The position numbers and the translations under genes were made by a program. A DNA stretch of 64,000 nt from NCBI RefSeq assembly GCF_000150275.1, contig NW_002060952.1, positions 1,984,795 to 2,048,794 on the forward strand, in the 5' to 3' direction. The notes under the pieces are model-generated. The model made no database searches. It was not told where the DNA came from and was given only the letters and a program-made list of their open reading frames with translations. Numbering within the stretch: position 1 is the first letter of the stretch; each line of letters begins with the position of its first letter. Below are positions 1 through 11,000 of this stretch, in pieces. The stretch comes from Trichoplax adhaerens (Eukaryota > Animalia > Placozoa).

Positions 1-504
1 TCAAGTAAATGGAATTACCCTTAATTTTGGACAACTCATAACAGTGAGGTAAGACAGAACTATAAGTATGACATTGGCATCAATGAATAATCAGATAATA
101 AATAAATTTTAATTTTCCAAATTTTTCTGATTTATCCATTAAATTTGCTATTATGTTACAGTTTAACGGCTACTCTAGCTGCAATTGGTGCTGCTGGTAT
201 ACCACAAGCTGGAACAGTCACTATATTACTAGTTTTAACAGCGGTAGGCCTGCCAGCAGAAGATGTTTCACTGATTATGGCAATCGATTGGTTTCTTGAT
301 CGAATTCGCACAGCCGTAAACGTTCTTGGTGATGCCTATGGCACTGGTATCGTTTATCACTTATCAAAATCAGAATTGGCGGATGCAGATGCACGTGAAG
401 AGGCGAAAGCTATAGAAGAAGGTAATTTTACAGAACAAAAAGAAACTGAGGATATAGCGTTGGAGACAAAAAAAGCCTCGAATTCTAGCGAAAGCCAACT
501 ATAA
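1..504 (+). CDS. SLC1A/EAAT-family Na+-coupled acidic amino acid transporter, paralog 1 (3' part; exons 1-48 and 162-504)
   Basis: Exon 1-48 reads [16 protein letters not shown], then a GT..AG intron 49-161, then [17 protein letters not shown] (HP2) and [16 protein letters not shown] (TM8). Stop at 502-504, C-terminus ESQL. Same intron position as paralog 2. Confidence 0.95.
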
Positions 505-3049
505 TTATATGTTCAGTTATTCTCACTTTAACATGGGATCCACTAACTGAACGTAAGCCTACCATGTAATTTTGTAGTTTATCTTCATACGTACTGTTTG
601 TCATAAGTTTGTGATGTTTAGCTACATAAACATTTACCATAAATATTAGAGTATCCTCATAAGCTACCTTTATCTTGTATGCTTCTTCGATTGTTATTTG
701 CTTTGCGTGTTGAGATATTTGTTACATTCAATTCCAAATACAGCAACTGCCTTTATTGGCTCGAGCTATCTTAAAATTTTATTTGCACGTACGTATTTCA
801 GAGAAACACCGTCTGGTAAGTTTATATTGCATCCACCATTTTCTTAAATATACGATAATCGTACAGCAAATCCCCAGACAATTTTGTATACAGTATTAAA
901 GGAGAAGTACATCGACTGTTTATGAAGCTTCGAGAAGGCGACACGCAGAGCGGCCGCCTGTTAGGTTTTATTATTGTATGTGTGTATTAATTAATATACT
1001 CGTATGCTCCCATTACAAATGCCATAATTTTCGATATGTATTACGCAGCTACCTTATGAAAGTAATAGTACTTAATGTATTGTGACTATTGTAGTAGCTC
1101 AAATACAATACATTCTTGTATCTAATTCTACCAGGAGCATACTGATATATAATAAATTTAGTAGTCAGCTTATTGCATTAATAACACATTTCAATCATTC
1201 ATCAACTTGTAATAATTGCTTTAATTTCTAGCAGATATTTATACCAGCTATGTATCGTACTAAATTTCACTTTTAAGTGTGAAGTCAAGTCTAATAAATC
1301 AAACTATTAAATTCAAGTAGTAATGCGTAAAGTTTCTAACGATATTCAAGCCGATATTTACGAAGACAATGTAGTATTGCTTTCTTCATTTCATGAAATT
1401 GATACAGTAAGATGGCTACACTCCATACATAAGAGCCCATGCGAATAGTTTCATAACTTAACTGAGTCCTCACCGTAAATAATTCTATATCTAGGACTAC
1501 ACGTAAAATAGACATTATGCATGGTTAAATTCTGTACGCAATTATCGTTAATTTTGCATAAAACTTTCCGTCTTGCTCAGAATCTTCATAATTTGGTAAA
1601 TACCTGTTACTAATCAGCTGCAGTCATGCGATTTGAAGCGCTTAAGAAACTAACAGGGAAGTTGATGCCATTTAGTAGCATATACATTATTTATGATGTG
1701 ACATTTAAAGTAATATGCGAATAAATCTACACCAAATCTGTTCTAGATTGAGAATTAATAAATTTTGAATATCCCAATAACTACCAGTAACTTCGATAAT
1801 GACTTGGTTAGCTTAGTTGTGTAAGGCGTAATTCATGTATCTGGCATTGCAGCTAACAGTAAATTAAATTCAGAGCTATTCCAAAAACTATATCTCATCA
1901 ATTTCAAGTCTGTCATGATAAAATCCCCCAAGTGAATTAAATTATCAATGGATAAAGTCTGCACTTAATAGTAAATTTATTAAATTCTTTTCATCAGTAC
2001 AGTGAAGGATCGATCCATATGTATTAGACGTTACTACTATAAAAATGATATATCCAGAGTCCTAATATACACCTATGATGCGACTCTAATTATAATATTA
2101 ACTTATTAAAATTATAATTATTATATGGTACTACCACGTATTTATACGAACCGGTAGCTCTAGGTTGTATCGAACATTTACCGTAAGAGCGCCAGCATTT
2201 ATCTATCTTGATACACATACGCGTATGCAAGATTTCTGTGTATGTTATATATTAGGGATAGAAGAATTATTAGGCTTATCCCGTAAGCAAACGTAAGCAA
2301 ACCAATCGAGTATAAGCTATACAGTATAAGAATAATATTGTAGAGCCTTATAATCGAATTGCAGGGTAATCGAAGTACGAATATACAGTATAAATATGCA
2401 CAGATACATGGACATAAGCAACTTGTACCTTGATAGTTAAAAATCAACACACGTATATATTGAAAAATACCCGAGCGTTATCCCAAGAGAACAATATCAT
2501 AGCAATTGCCGTAACATGAAAAAGGCATCGCAAATGAGCTTCATACCTATTTACACACATAATATCGCTTATACTGTATGTATTACAGAAATATAAAGGG
2601 ACGTATTATCGCAAGGCAAGGTACCCTGTTTGGTTAATACCTTATTATCAGACGTTTTTGCAGCATGTGCATATCATATCAGCAATCAACAATTTACTAT
2701 TTTTTACTTGCAATAGCTACATCATGTCTTTTCAATTTCGAGTGCATCCATGTCATTTGACTGCAAGTATATGAAGTTATAATACGGAATCCGTGTGTAA
2801 TTTCAAGTAGCACCCGTTCAAGTACTGCCTTTCAACAAGTAATCTGTAGCTGCAAACAGTATAAAGCAAATAAAATAGATAGAACATAAACAGGAAATAT
2901 TAACGAATGACTGTCCACTCTTCCTAGCAGATCTCTCTTTTTAAAAATACTATATTTACTATTTTCGAAAAATTTGGTCTACATGCATACGATAAGGTGC
3001 AACCATGATAACCTGCGTAAATGCTCACCCAGAGATGTTAAATAGGTTT

Positions 3050-4261
3050 TTACATTGTGAATCCTAGTCCCTGCATGATTTTCCGGTAATCTAAGCGCTC
3101 ACGAATTAGACGGATTTCCTGCCCATTCACTAAAACCTCAGCTGCATAAGGGCGCAAGTTATACAAGGAACTCATTGAAGCGCAGTACGCACCAGCAGTT
3201 AAGATTGCTAACAGATCTCCCTCTTGTGGTAAAGCAATTTCGAGATTCTCACCAAATGTATCTGAAGATTCGCAAATATTTCCTACAACCGTGACTCTGC
3301 GCAAGGGTGCATCCGGATTGGAAATATTAATAATATGATGATAAGAGCCATACAAGGCAGGTCTAATAATGTGGTTCATCCCCGAATCGGTGCCAATAAA
3401 AATTATTTCTCCGTTTTTCTTAATATTAGTCACCTTAACCAATAAGCAAGTTGATTCCGCTACTAAAAACTTTCCAGGTTCCACTATCATATTGATTTCT
3501 CTCCCATTAGATAAGGTAAATTCCTTTACGTACTTCTCAACACAATTAAAGAATTGCTTTATGCGGACTGGTTTAGAGTCAGGTTCATACATTACTCCAA
3601 AGCCCCCGCCAAGATCTATAAATTTTAAACTTTTAAAATTTGCAGCTATTTTAAAAATTTCATACACTGCACTCTCAAATACTTCAGCTGCATAGAAGCC
3701 GGAGCCTATGTGACAATGTACCCCAATTAATTGAAGGTGATATTTTCGTATAATTTGCTTGGCTTGCTCGATCTCCTCCAATAAGATACCAAATTTAGAT
3801 TCTTTACCACCTGTTATCACCATTTTGGTCTCACCATCGCCGATACCGGGATTGAACCTAATCGATACTTCTGCTCCATTGAATACAGCCCCAAAACGTT
3901 CTAATTCGGAAATGGACCCTATATTCGGTATGACACCTTCCGCGTGTACCTCTGCTAGTTCTCGATCATCAGAATTATTACCAGTAAAGATAATTTGTTG
4001 GCTTTTAAAGCCACACTGTTTAGCTAGTTTTATCTCAAAGGGTGCTACTGCATCGATACCGTCAATGCCTGCTGCCTTGAGCTCTCTAATGATATGAGGA
4101 TTGTAATTTGCTTTCAAAGCATAATAGACCTTGGTATTTTTACCGGTTGCATCTTTAAGAATTTGCACTTTACGATGCAGAATACCGGAGTCTGTCACGA
4201 ACACTGGCGTGCCATGCTTTTCAGTCACTCTTTGAGAAATTTCAAGACTAGGTTTATACAT
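3050..4261 (-). CDS. lysA: Diaminopimelate decarboxylase (PLP fold-type III), intronless CDS, bacterial-type
   Basis: 403-aa ORF with YALKAN (PLP lysine), HCHIGSG, DLGGGFG, EPGKFLVA, IRPALYG, GNICESSD, GAY and SSLYN. The HIGS, RPALY and CES motifs favour LysA over ornithine decarboxylase. Confidence 0.9.
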   Translation of the reverse strand: MYKPSLEISQRVTEKHGTPVFVTDSGILHRKVQILKDATGKNTKVYYALKANYNPHIIRELKAAGIDGIDAVAPFEIKLAKQCGFKSQQIIFTGNNSDDRELAEVHAEGVIPNIGSISELERFGAVFNGAEVSIRFNPGIGDGETKMVITGGKESKFGILLEEIEQAKQIIRKYHLQLIGVHCHIGSGFYAAEVFESAVYEIFKIAANFKSLKFIDLGGGFGVMYEPDSKPVRIKQFFNCVEKYVKEFTLSNGREINMIVEPGKFLVAESTCLLVKVTNIKKNGEIIFIGTDSGMNHIIRPALYGSYHHIINISNPDAPLRRVTVVGNICESSDTFGENLEIALPQEGDLLAILTAGAYCASMSSLYNLRPYAAEVLVNGQEIRLIRERLDYRKIMQGLGFTM

Positions 4262-4285
4262 GATTCACTAATCATGGCCAGTGTC

Positions 4286-4428
4286 CTTTAATAAAATATA
4301 AGCTCTTAATTATTCCTAATCGAAGGCTAAGAAGTACATTATTATTGTTAAACTACAGTATTACTTTAAAATACTATATTATTATTGTTATTATTATCAT
4401 CATTATTATTATTATTATTATTTATTAC
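4286..4428 (-). other. Probable 5'UTR intron of lysA containing an (ATT)n microsatellite
   Basis: Minus-strand donor GAG|GTAATA at 4428 and T-rich acceptor TTTTATTAAAG|G at 4286, 24 nt upstream of the ATG. The AT-rich interior has (ATT)n at about 4378-4425. Confidence 0.55.
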
Positions 4429-4684
4429 CTCTACGACTATGGTACCATCAGCTGCACTTCAGCGCTTCTCTTTTATTTCCTTATTTCTGTTTTTAGTCAT
4501 TTTAGCAGTCATCCTGTATTCAATATGCTGTCTTGTTGCTGCAAAGTAAAAAGCCGTGTTTACAGCTGGTAGAGTAGCAGATCAATGCGATAATTATTAT
4601 TATTATTTTATTGTAGGCATGAGTTTCAGTTAAAGTTGTGGAATGATTGAAATCATCGGCGTTAACGGAGTTTGAGCGAGCGGC

Positions 4685-7600
4685 TTTGTACTGTACAGTA
4701 TAGTACAGTATAAAAGAATTTTCTCTTTGTTTTTATGATTAGTATCATAATACGGTACAGTACTCATGGACTACTACAGTACAGTACAGTACTGTACTGT
4801 ACAGTGTACTGTACAGTAGATCAATTGATGCAGTACAGTACTGTATCATTCCCGCGCAAAAAATAACAATAGAATAAATAAACGGTAGCGCGTTGTGAAC
4901 AGTTTAGGAGAAATGGCGTGGTAGAGAAATGTTCTGTAGTTATGGTGCAAAATTCAAGATGACGACATTATTATTATTTTTAAATTACAGTACGTACAGT
5001 TATGGACCACTAGAAGAAAATCATTTGTACGGTATGACACCATGGGCCTCTAGAACAGCAGAGAGATCCATTGTGACATGCACTGTACTGTAATAAAAGA
5101 TGTATTTTTTTTTTTTCCTTCTGGAGGGTAAGGAAACTGTACTGTACTTATAGGAGGCATTTTACTGTGCCGTACTTAAAGCTAGTTTAAAGTACTGGCA
5201 TACGGGTATTTTTACTGGCCGTTCCAATTTGAACGGCAGATTCACTAGTTTAGGAGAATAGAAAGATGTTATTCGAATAGTTAGGAAGAATGGTAGATGA
5301 AACTACAGAGATAAAAACTATTGTAAACTTTTAATGGACGAAAGTAAAGTTTATACAGTAGATGTACTGTACACTCAGTGCTGTATTAATATTGTACCAG
5401 GACTACAGTAATTGTGTTTGGCAGCCCCTTACATCATCGTAACGCTCAACGGTTGCACATAAGTACACTACCAATCAAAACTGGAGACTTGAGCCTTGGT
5501 ATAAAAATCAACAATCCGGGTGTACGGTAGACGAATGTACACTTGTACAGTACTGTATCTATCTATCTTGCTTTGTTCGATCTAAAGTGTACAAAGTACA
5601 AAGTGCAATCATACCATGCAATAGTACAATGGCCATAGTACATAAGATCACGCCCTAGCCATAAATGATAATAACAGACGTTCCCGAAATGCAGTGTTTG
5701 CTAGACCACACTGTTTACTATTTTTTGGAAAGCGTGCTGCACAGTACCAATGGACATGTACTGTACACTATACTGTACTGTACAGTACTGTACCTTCTTC
5801 CAGTTCTACAAAGCAGTGTAAGTATAAACTCGAATAAAATAACCTTTTATATCAATATTTGCATAATACACGTGATATCCCATAGGCCGCATGATCTGCG
5901 GCATGCAGCTACTGCATTGCCTGCAATCGCAATCCAGCCATGATGCTTTACAAATCCTCAGTTTGTAATGAGAGTCGTCGATTTTAACGTCAATGCTATT
6001 GCATGTAATAAAGTACAGTATTATTTCTATTGCAGCTTACTTTATAACTTGAAACTATTGTTAAATATTATTATTACAGTAATAAACTTACAACTTCTAG
6101 TTTACAGTATACCACGTAACTATACGCAGCTAGATCTCAAAGTGCAGACTCGCCTCCCTCCTAAACCGAATCCACTTAGTCCTGGCGCCACTATCTTACT
6201 TTACTTATGATTACCGGGCCTCTCATTATTATAAAACCTACTTTCCTAAGTACAGTACATTACAGTATAACAATATTGGGCAGAGCTCACCGACGACAAG
6301 GACTGTACACTCAGTGTACAGTACAGTGTGTATCATAACATTTTGTCACTCACGTTTTACAAACCCTTGGTTGTACTATACTGTTACTGTCAGCGACAAA
6401 CCGTACTGACTGACGGTACTTTGCGGTGTACTGTACTAAAAATCTTCGTACCCGAACACTAACCCGAACTCCTGTACAGTATTCTGTAGTACAGTACTGT
6501 ACTGTACAGGAGACCATACGAAAATTATACCAAATTTATCTAATAAGGACTTGAAATTATAATGTCATTTACTGTAGTTTTAAACGGTGGGAAAGACTTA
6601 TGAGACACCCTTTAGTACTGTACTGTATACTGTACTGTAGTACTGTAGTACAGATGTGTCATGATCATAGAGTTAATCCCTTTCTCAGACAGACCGACTA
6701 GGCTCCATGTTCAGTTTTAGCGTCACTAAAACTGACCTGAAATGTGTGCGGTAGCGCTGGGCATCCAAAGTTTTTTTTTGCTATTAAATTTGAAAAGTTA
6801 TCTGACCAGAAGTTAATAATACAAAAAGTAATTAATTTAGATTCTCACGGTTAATAAATTAGGCTATTGAATTTAAATTGTTATTGGATTATTATACCGT
6901 ATTACCTATTTATTGTACAGTATGTAACATTCTAATTCATGGTAATGAAGTAACTAAGTTTGGCGCTACCAGCATTTCAGGTGAGCCTACTGTAGTGACG
7001 CTAAAAAAAACTGCAACAACAGTAGAATCCGTCTGTCCGAGAAAGTGACGCGTCTGTACAGACAGTCCTATGTACAGTACAGTACAGTACTGTCGCAGCC
7101 ATAGAGTTCAACAACGGACGCAGACATGTGCTCAATATCAGTACAGTACTGTACAGTACAGGGAACAAGTAAACTCATTATTTGCTGTAATCAACAGATT
7201 GTACGCTACTACTGAAGATGCAATTGCAATAATTGCGATACGTATCTAATGCACTTGATCCGAAGGAAGTTGCAAAACACTATCGGCTACCGGCGAGATT
7301 TATGAAAGTGGCACATAGTCTTGACACTATACTGTACTGTAATTTGCCGTTAAAACTTCAGAAAATGTGTGGGTAGTACAGTACAATACTGTACAGTGTA
7401 CAGTACAGTACTGTAATCTGCCCTTCAAACTTTTCAGAAATGCTTGGACTGCGTGGAAGATAGTGGAGCATATGGATTGGATTGGATTTGATTGGTCATT
7501 GGGATTGATACCGCAGTTTGTACTGAACGGTTATTATTGCTGTACTTGTACAGTACAGTATACTGACCGTCCTTAGTATCGTACGGTGTACAGTACATAC

Positions 7601-7770
7601 AGTACAGTACACTGTACTGTATGCTTGCCAGCAAACAAAAGAAAATCAAAACATAAAGTACTGTACACTGTACTATACACAAGTAGCAATTATAAACATT
7701 AACCGCCGTACTCACTAATTGGAATAAATAAATAAACAAAGCAAAGCATAGTACAGTACAGTACAGTACA
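4685..7770. repeat. Dispersed (CAGTA/TACTG)n pentanucleotide simple-repeat patches
   Basis: Numerous runs such as acagtacagtacagtactgtactgtacag (about 4775-4820, 6485-6510, 6615-6650, 7075-7095, 7375-7415, 7590-7620, 7750-7770). The motif is much rarer elsewhere in the window. Confidence 0.85.
6677..7048. mobile_element. MITE-like non-autonomous element with about 80-bp imperfect terminal inverted repeats
   Basis: Left arm CTTTCTCAGACAGAC..TTTTAGCGTCACTA..ACCTGAAATG..GGTAGCGC matches the reverse complement of the right arm GCGCTACC..CATTTCAGGT..TAGTGACGCTAAAA..GTCTGTCCGAGAAAG. AT-rich non-coding interior. Confidence 0.7.
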
Positions 7771-8001
7771 AAGGTTGAAACGGTATAAAGGAAGCTGCGT
7801 GCCGCATTTAGAGTCAGTGCAACTTCCTCGTGGATCATTGACGTTTACACTTCACAGTTTGCTGCTGTTTCATTTCAGGAGAGAGTGGTCTCTTTGCTAA
7901 CAAAACAGCGTTGCCGCGAAAATTTCCCTGCATTGATTTCGATACGACTGAACAGTTTTTCCTTCGTAGTGGATACCTGAATCGCTTTCTACGATACCAA
8001 A

Positions 8002-11000
8002 ATGCCTTCATCAGAAGTTGATCAAGTAGCCGATAATGCTATCGTTAAAAAACCAAGAAAATTTCGACCTAAGAAGGTCATGAAAACCTCCAAAAGAGTT
8101 TTGGGAGGAGACAATCTTTTATTGAGTTTAACCATTCTTGGTGTCTTCCTTGGCGTTTTAATTGGCTTCCTTGTTCGTACGGCACATCCAAGCCAAACTG
8201 CAATCAAATTGATTAATTTCCCTGGTGATATTTTAATGAGAATGCTTAAAATGTTGATTCTACCTTTGATTGTTTCCAGCTTAATTGCTGGTCTGGCTTC
8301 ACTGGATGCTGGCTCTTCCGGTAAAATGGGTCGCCGTGCTATCTTTTACTACTTTGGTACGACCATCTTAGCTGTCATCTTGGGTCTGGTACTTGTCGTT
8401 GTTATTCATCCTGGCAAAACGAAGGAAGGTTTATCCAGCAACAGGCAACAACACGTCAATACTTTAGATGCTTTCCTGGATTTGATTAGGTAAAAACATG
8501 TATTGATTATTTTTCTCAATGTGTATTGCATTGGGACAGCATGCTGTTCAATCAACATAGTTCATAGGCGTTTCATCTCTTATACTATCTATACTCGTAC
8601 GCAGTACTGTAATCATAGTTTCCCTTCGCTCCAGCTTTACAGAAAACATGAATATTCCAATGTTATCATATCGTTTTAATTTAACTTCAACCGAGGGAGA
8701 TTACAGTAGAAATCAACTGTAGTAAATTACCTGATTGAATAAATGCACGGTACAATTATGATACACACTGTATCATAAGGAGGTGGAAAGAAAATTGTAT
8801 GAAGGGTGGTGATTTCTTTTTACTCCATAATTACGAAACCCTCCGGTCTCATCTGCAGGATATCAATTATAATTACCGATGTTGCACAATACAGTACGTA
8901 AATTTCCTTATCGCACCTTTATCGCCCTTCACCCCATTCAATGGCCCTTCGCTCTTTCGCATTTTGTGCAAGGTTTACGTTTTAAATAATAATTCCGCTT
9001 TAGTATTTGTTAGCCGACACTTTTTAATTATACATTATGTGATTTCGTTGCAATGTAGTGTACATGTTGTATTTTTCGTTTGGTGTTAATGAAATAATGT
9101 TCGGAATGCACAGGCATAGCGGGAATTACAGGGTGGGCTGTATAGCTTTGTATAAAAATGCGCTATCAATTAACTGAACTGTGTCCGTACGATATGCTAT
9201 TTTATCCATTCTTGTTTTGATAAAAATTCCGCTAAATTGCTAATTTAGGTAGCATACGATAGCGCGATGTACTGTAAATACAGTAATGTTGTGTCGGAAA
9301 CGACTATGGGGTAAGTACTGTACTGTACTGTACTGTACAACTCACGGGTGATCATTGCAGGTATTTGTCGTGAGCTTTCGATGTTTATTTAACAGAACCA
9401 CGGTGATAAGGCTCATGGATAAGTGAATATTTAGATGTTGTTCTAAAAGTTTGTTTCCCATGAAGCTGAGTCAAAGAAGTACTGCTATACCATTAACTGT
9501 GCCTCCTCCGCAGCACAGTAAAGAATCTATTTGTAAAAATGCTTTAATTGTTCTGTCTATTCGATAGAAAAGTCAACTCCCCCCACATACCCTTGAAAGT
9601 CGTTCGAGCGGAATTACATACGAGTAGAATGAAATATTTGTTAGATGTACTGTTCTATTCTGCAAAGCGCCGAAACTAGGAAAAGTGAGTTTAAACAGTG
9701 TTAACTGATACCATTTCTACATCGAAATTTACACGGAAGAAAATATTTCTTATAAGCATTTTAAGAACTATTTTATCGTCTTTATTGTTCAATCGTAAGC
9801 GTAATGGCCATGACAACAATCGAAATTAATTGAAATATTTAATGTTCTCAATTCGTTCACTTACTCTGTCATGCACCCTTATAACGCATCTCTATAAAAC
9901 GTAAAGTTTGACAGTATCGTAACATTTACGAGCTTAAATCTATAATTTAATTTTCCAATTTGGAGGGAGTCTCTTTGGTGTTAGCCATTGACTTAAGCCT
10001 AAATCATTGGATATACGCATATAATAGGTGCACTACTCGAAAAGGAAAATTATCTCTCTTTCACATATTACACACAACCAGCAGTAGTCAATTTAGTTCA
10101 ATGTTACACAGCGATACTCTCATACTTGTACAACAGAGAGGGAACAAAATATAGCTGCTAATTTATAGACAACCTTTTGAAGTTCAATGCTCTACTGCAT
10201 TTATTAACCTTTGAAATAAAGTAGACGAGCGCATCTCGTCTTCTTTCCAACATTGCAGCGTTGCCAAATGATTGTTATTGTTTAAACGCCTACGCATAGC
10301 ATCTGTACGCTGTTATCATTATCCAATACGAAGAATCACGCAACTCTTTGTGCCAGCCATTACTTCACCTGCTGATCCACACTGTGCAATAATATGAAAT
10401 TGACAGTACAGTTATTTTCAAAATATTTCTCTTACAAGTACCTAATAATGTCAACGCTGCTATAAACTTATATCTATATACTACTTGATACCATATGGTG
10501 GTCAGCATTGCGATCATACAATGTTGTACTATAGTACAGATATTTGGCCTCTGTGTAGAAAAGAATTTTGAATTCTTGTTACAGTTTAAAAACGAAAACT
10601 AATTTCGAACTACGGACTTCACCAAATCTCGAATAATTTGTTTGATATTGCCGCCATTTATTTCAATTTTTAAACATCCCCTGGTTGTTATTTTACTTGA
10701 TCAAAAAAGTTCGATAGACTACTTACTAACACCTACACATGCTACAATATGGACGTACTATGCCGTACTAGGCACAGTCAATGACCAATTCACTATTGTA
10801 TAGTTTTGATTTCACGTTATTAGAAAGTCTACTGTAGTAATAGAAAACAAAAGCGTAACAATATATGCATGCATCTTTTATTTTAAATTAATAGTACTGC
10901 ACTTACAGACGGTTGATAGGGGCACAAAAGATGGTATACCCTTATGTCTAGCAGTATTTTGCTTTGTTTACTACTGGAATTGTTTGATCTAATTAACAGC

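Noticed and set aside
3050-4261. lysA as bacterial contamination
   Set aside because: No gap or operon neighbours, contiguous with intron-containing genes, and a probable UTR intron. Read-level confirmation is still needed.
4275-4290. AAAGGA 8 nt before an ATG, resembling a relic Shine-Dalgarno site
   Set aside because: That ATG is out of frame with lysA, and the motif coincides with the splice acceptor AG|G.
3369-4291. Plus-strand ORFs of 108, 112 and 65 aa
   Set aside because: Antisense shadows of lysA with no motifs.
5665-7838. ORFs rich in YCTV/VQYS
   Set aside because: Translation artefacts of the (CAGTA)n repeats.
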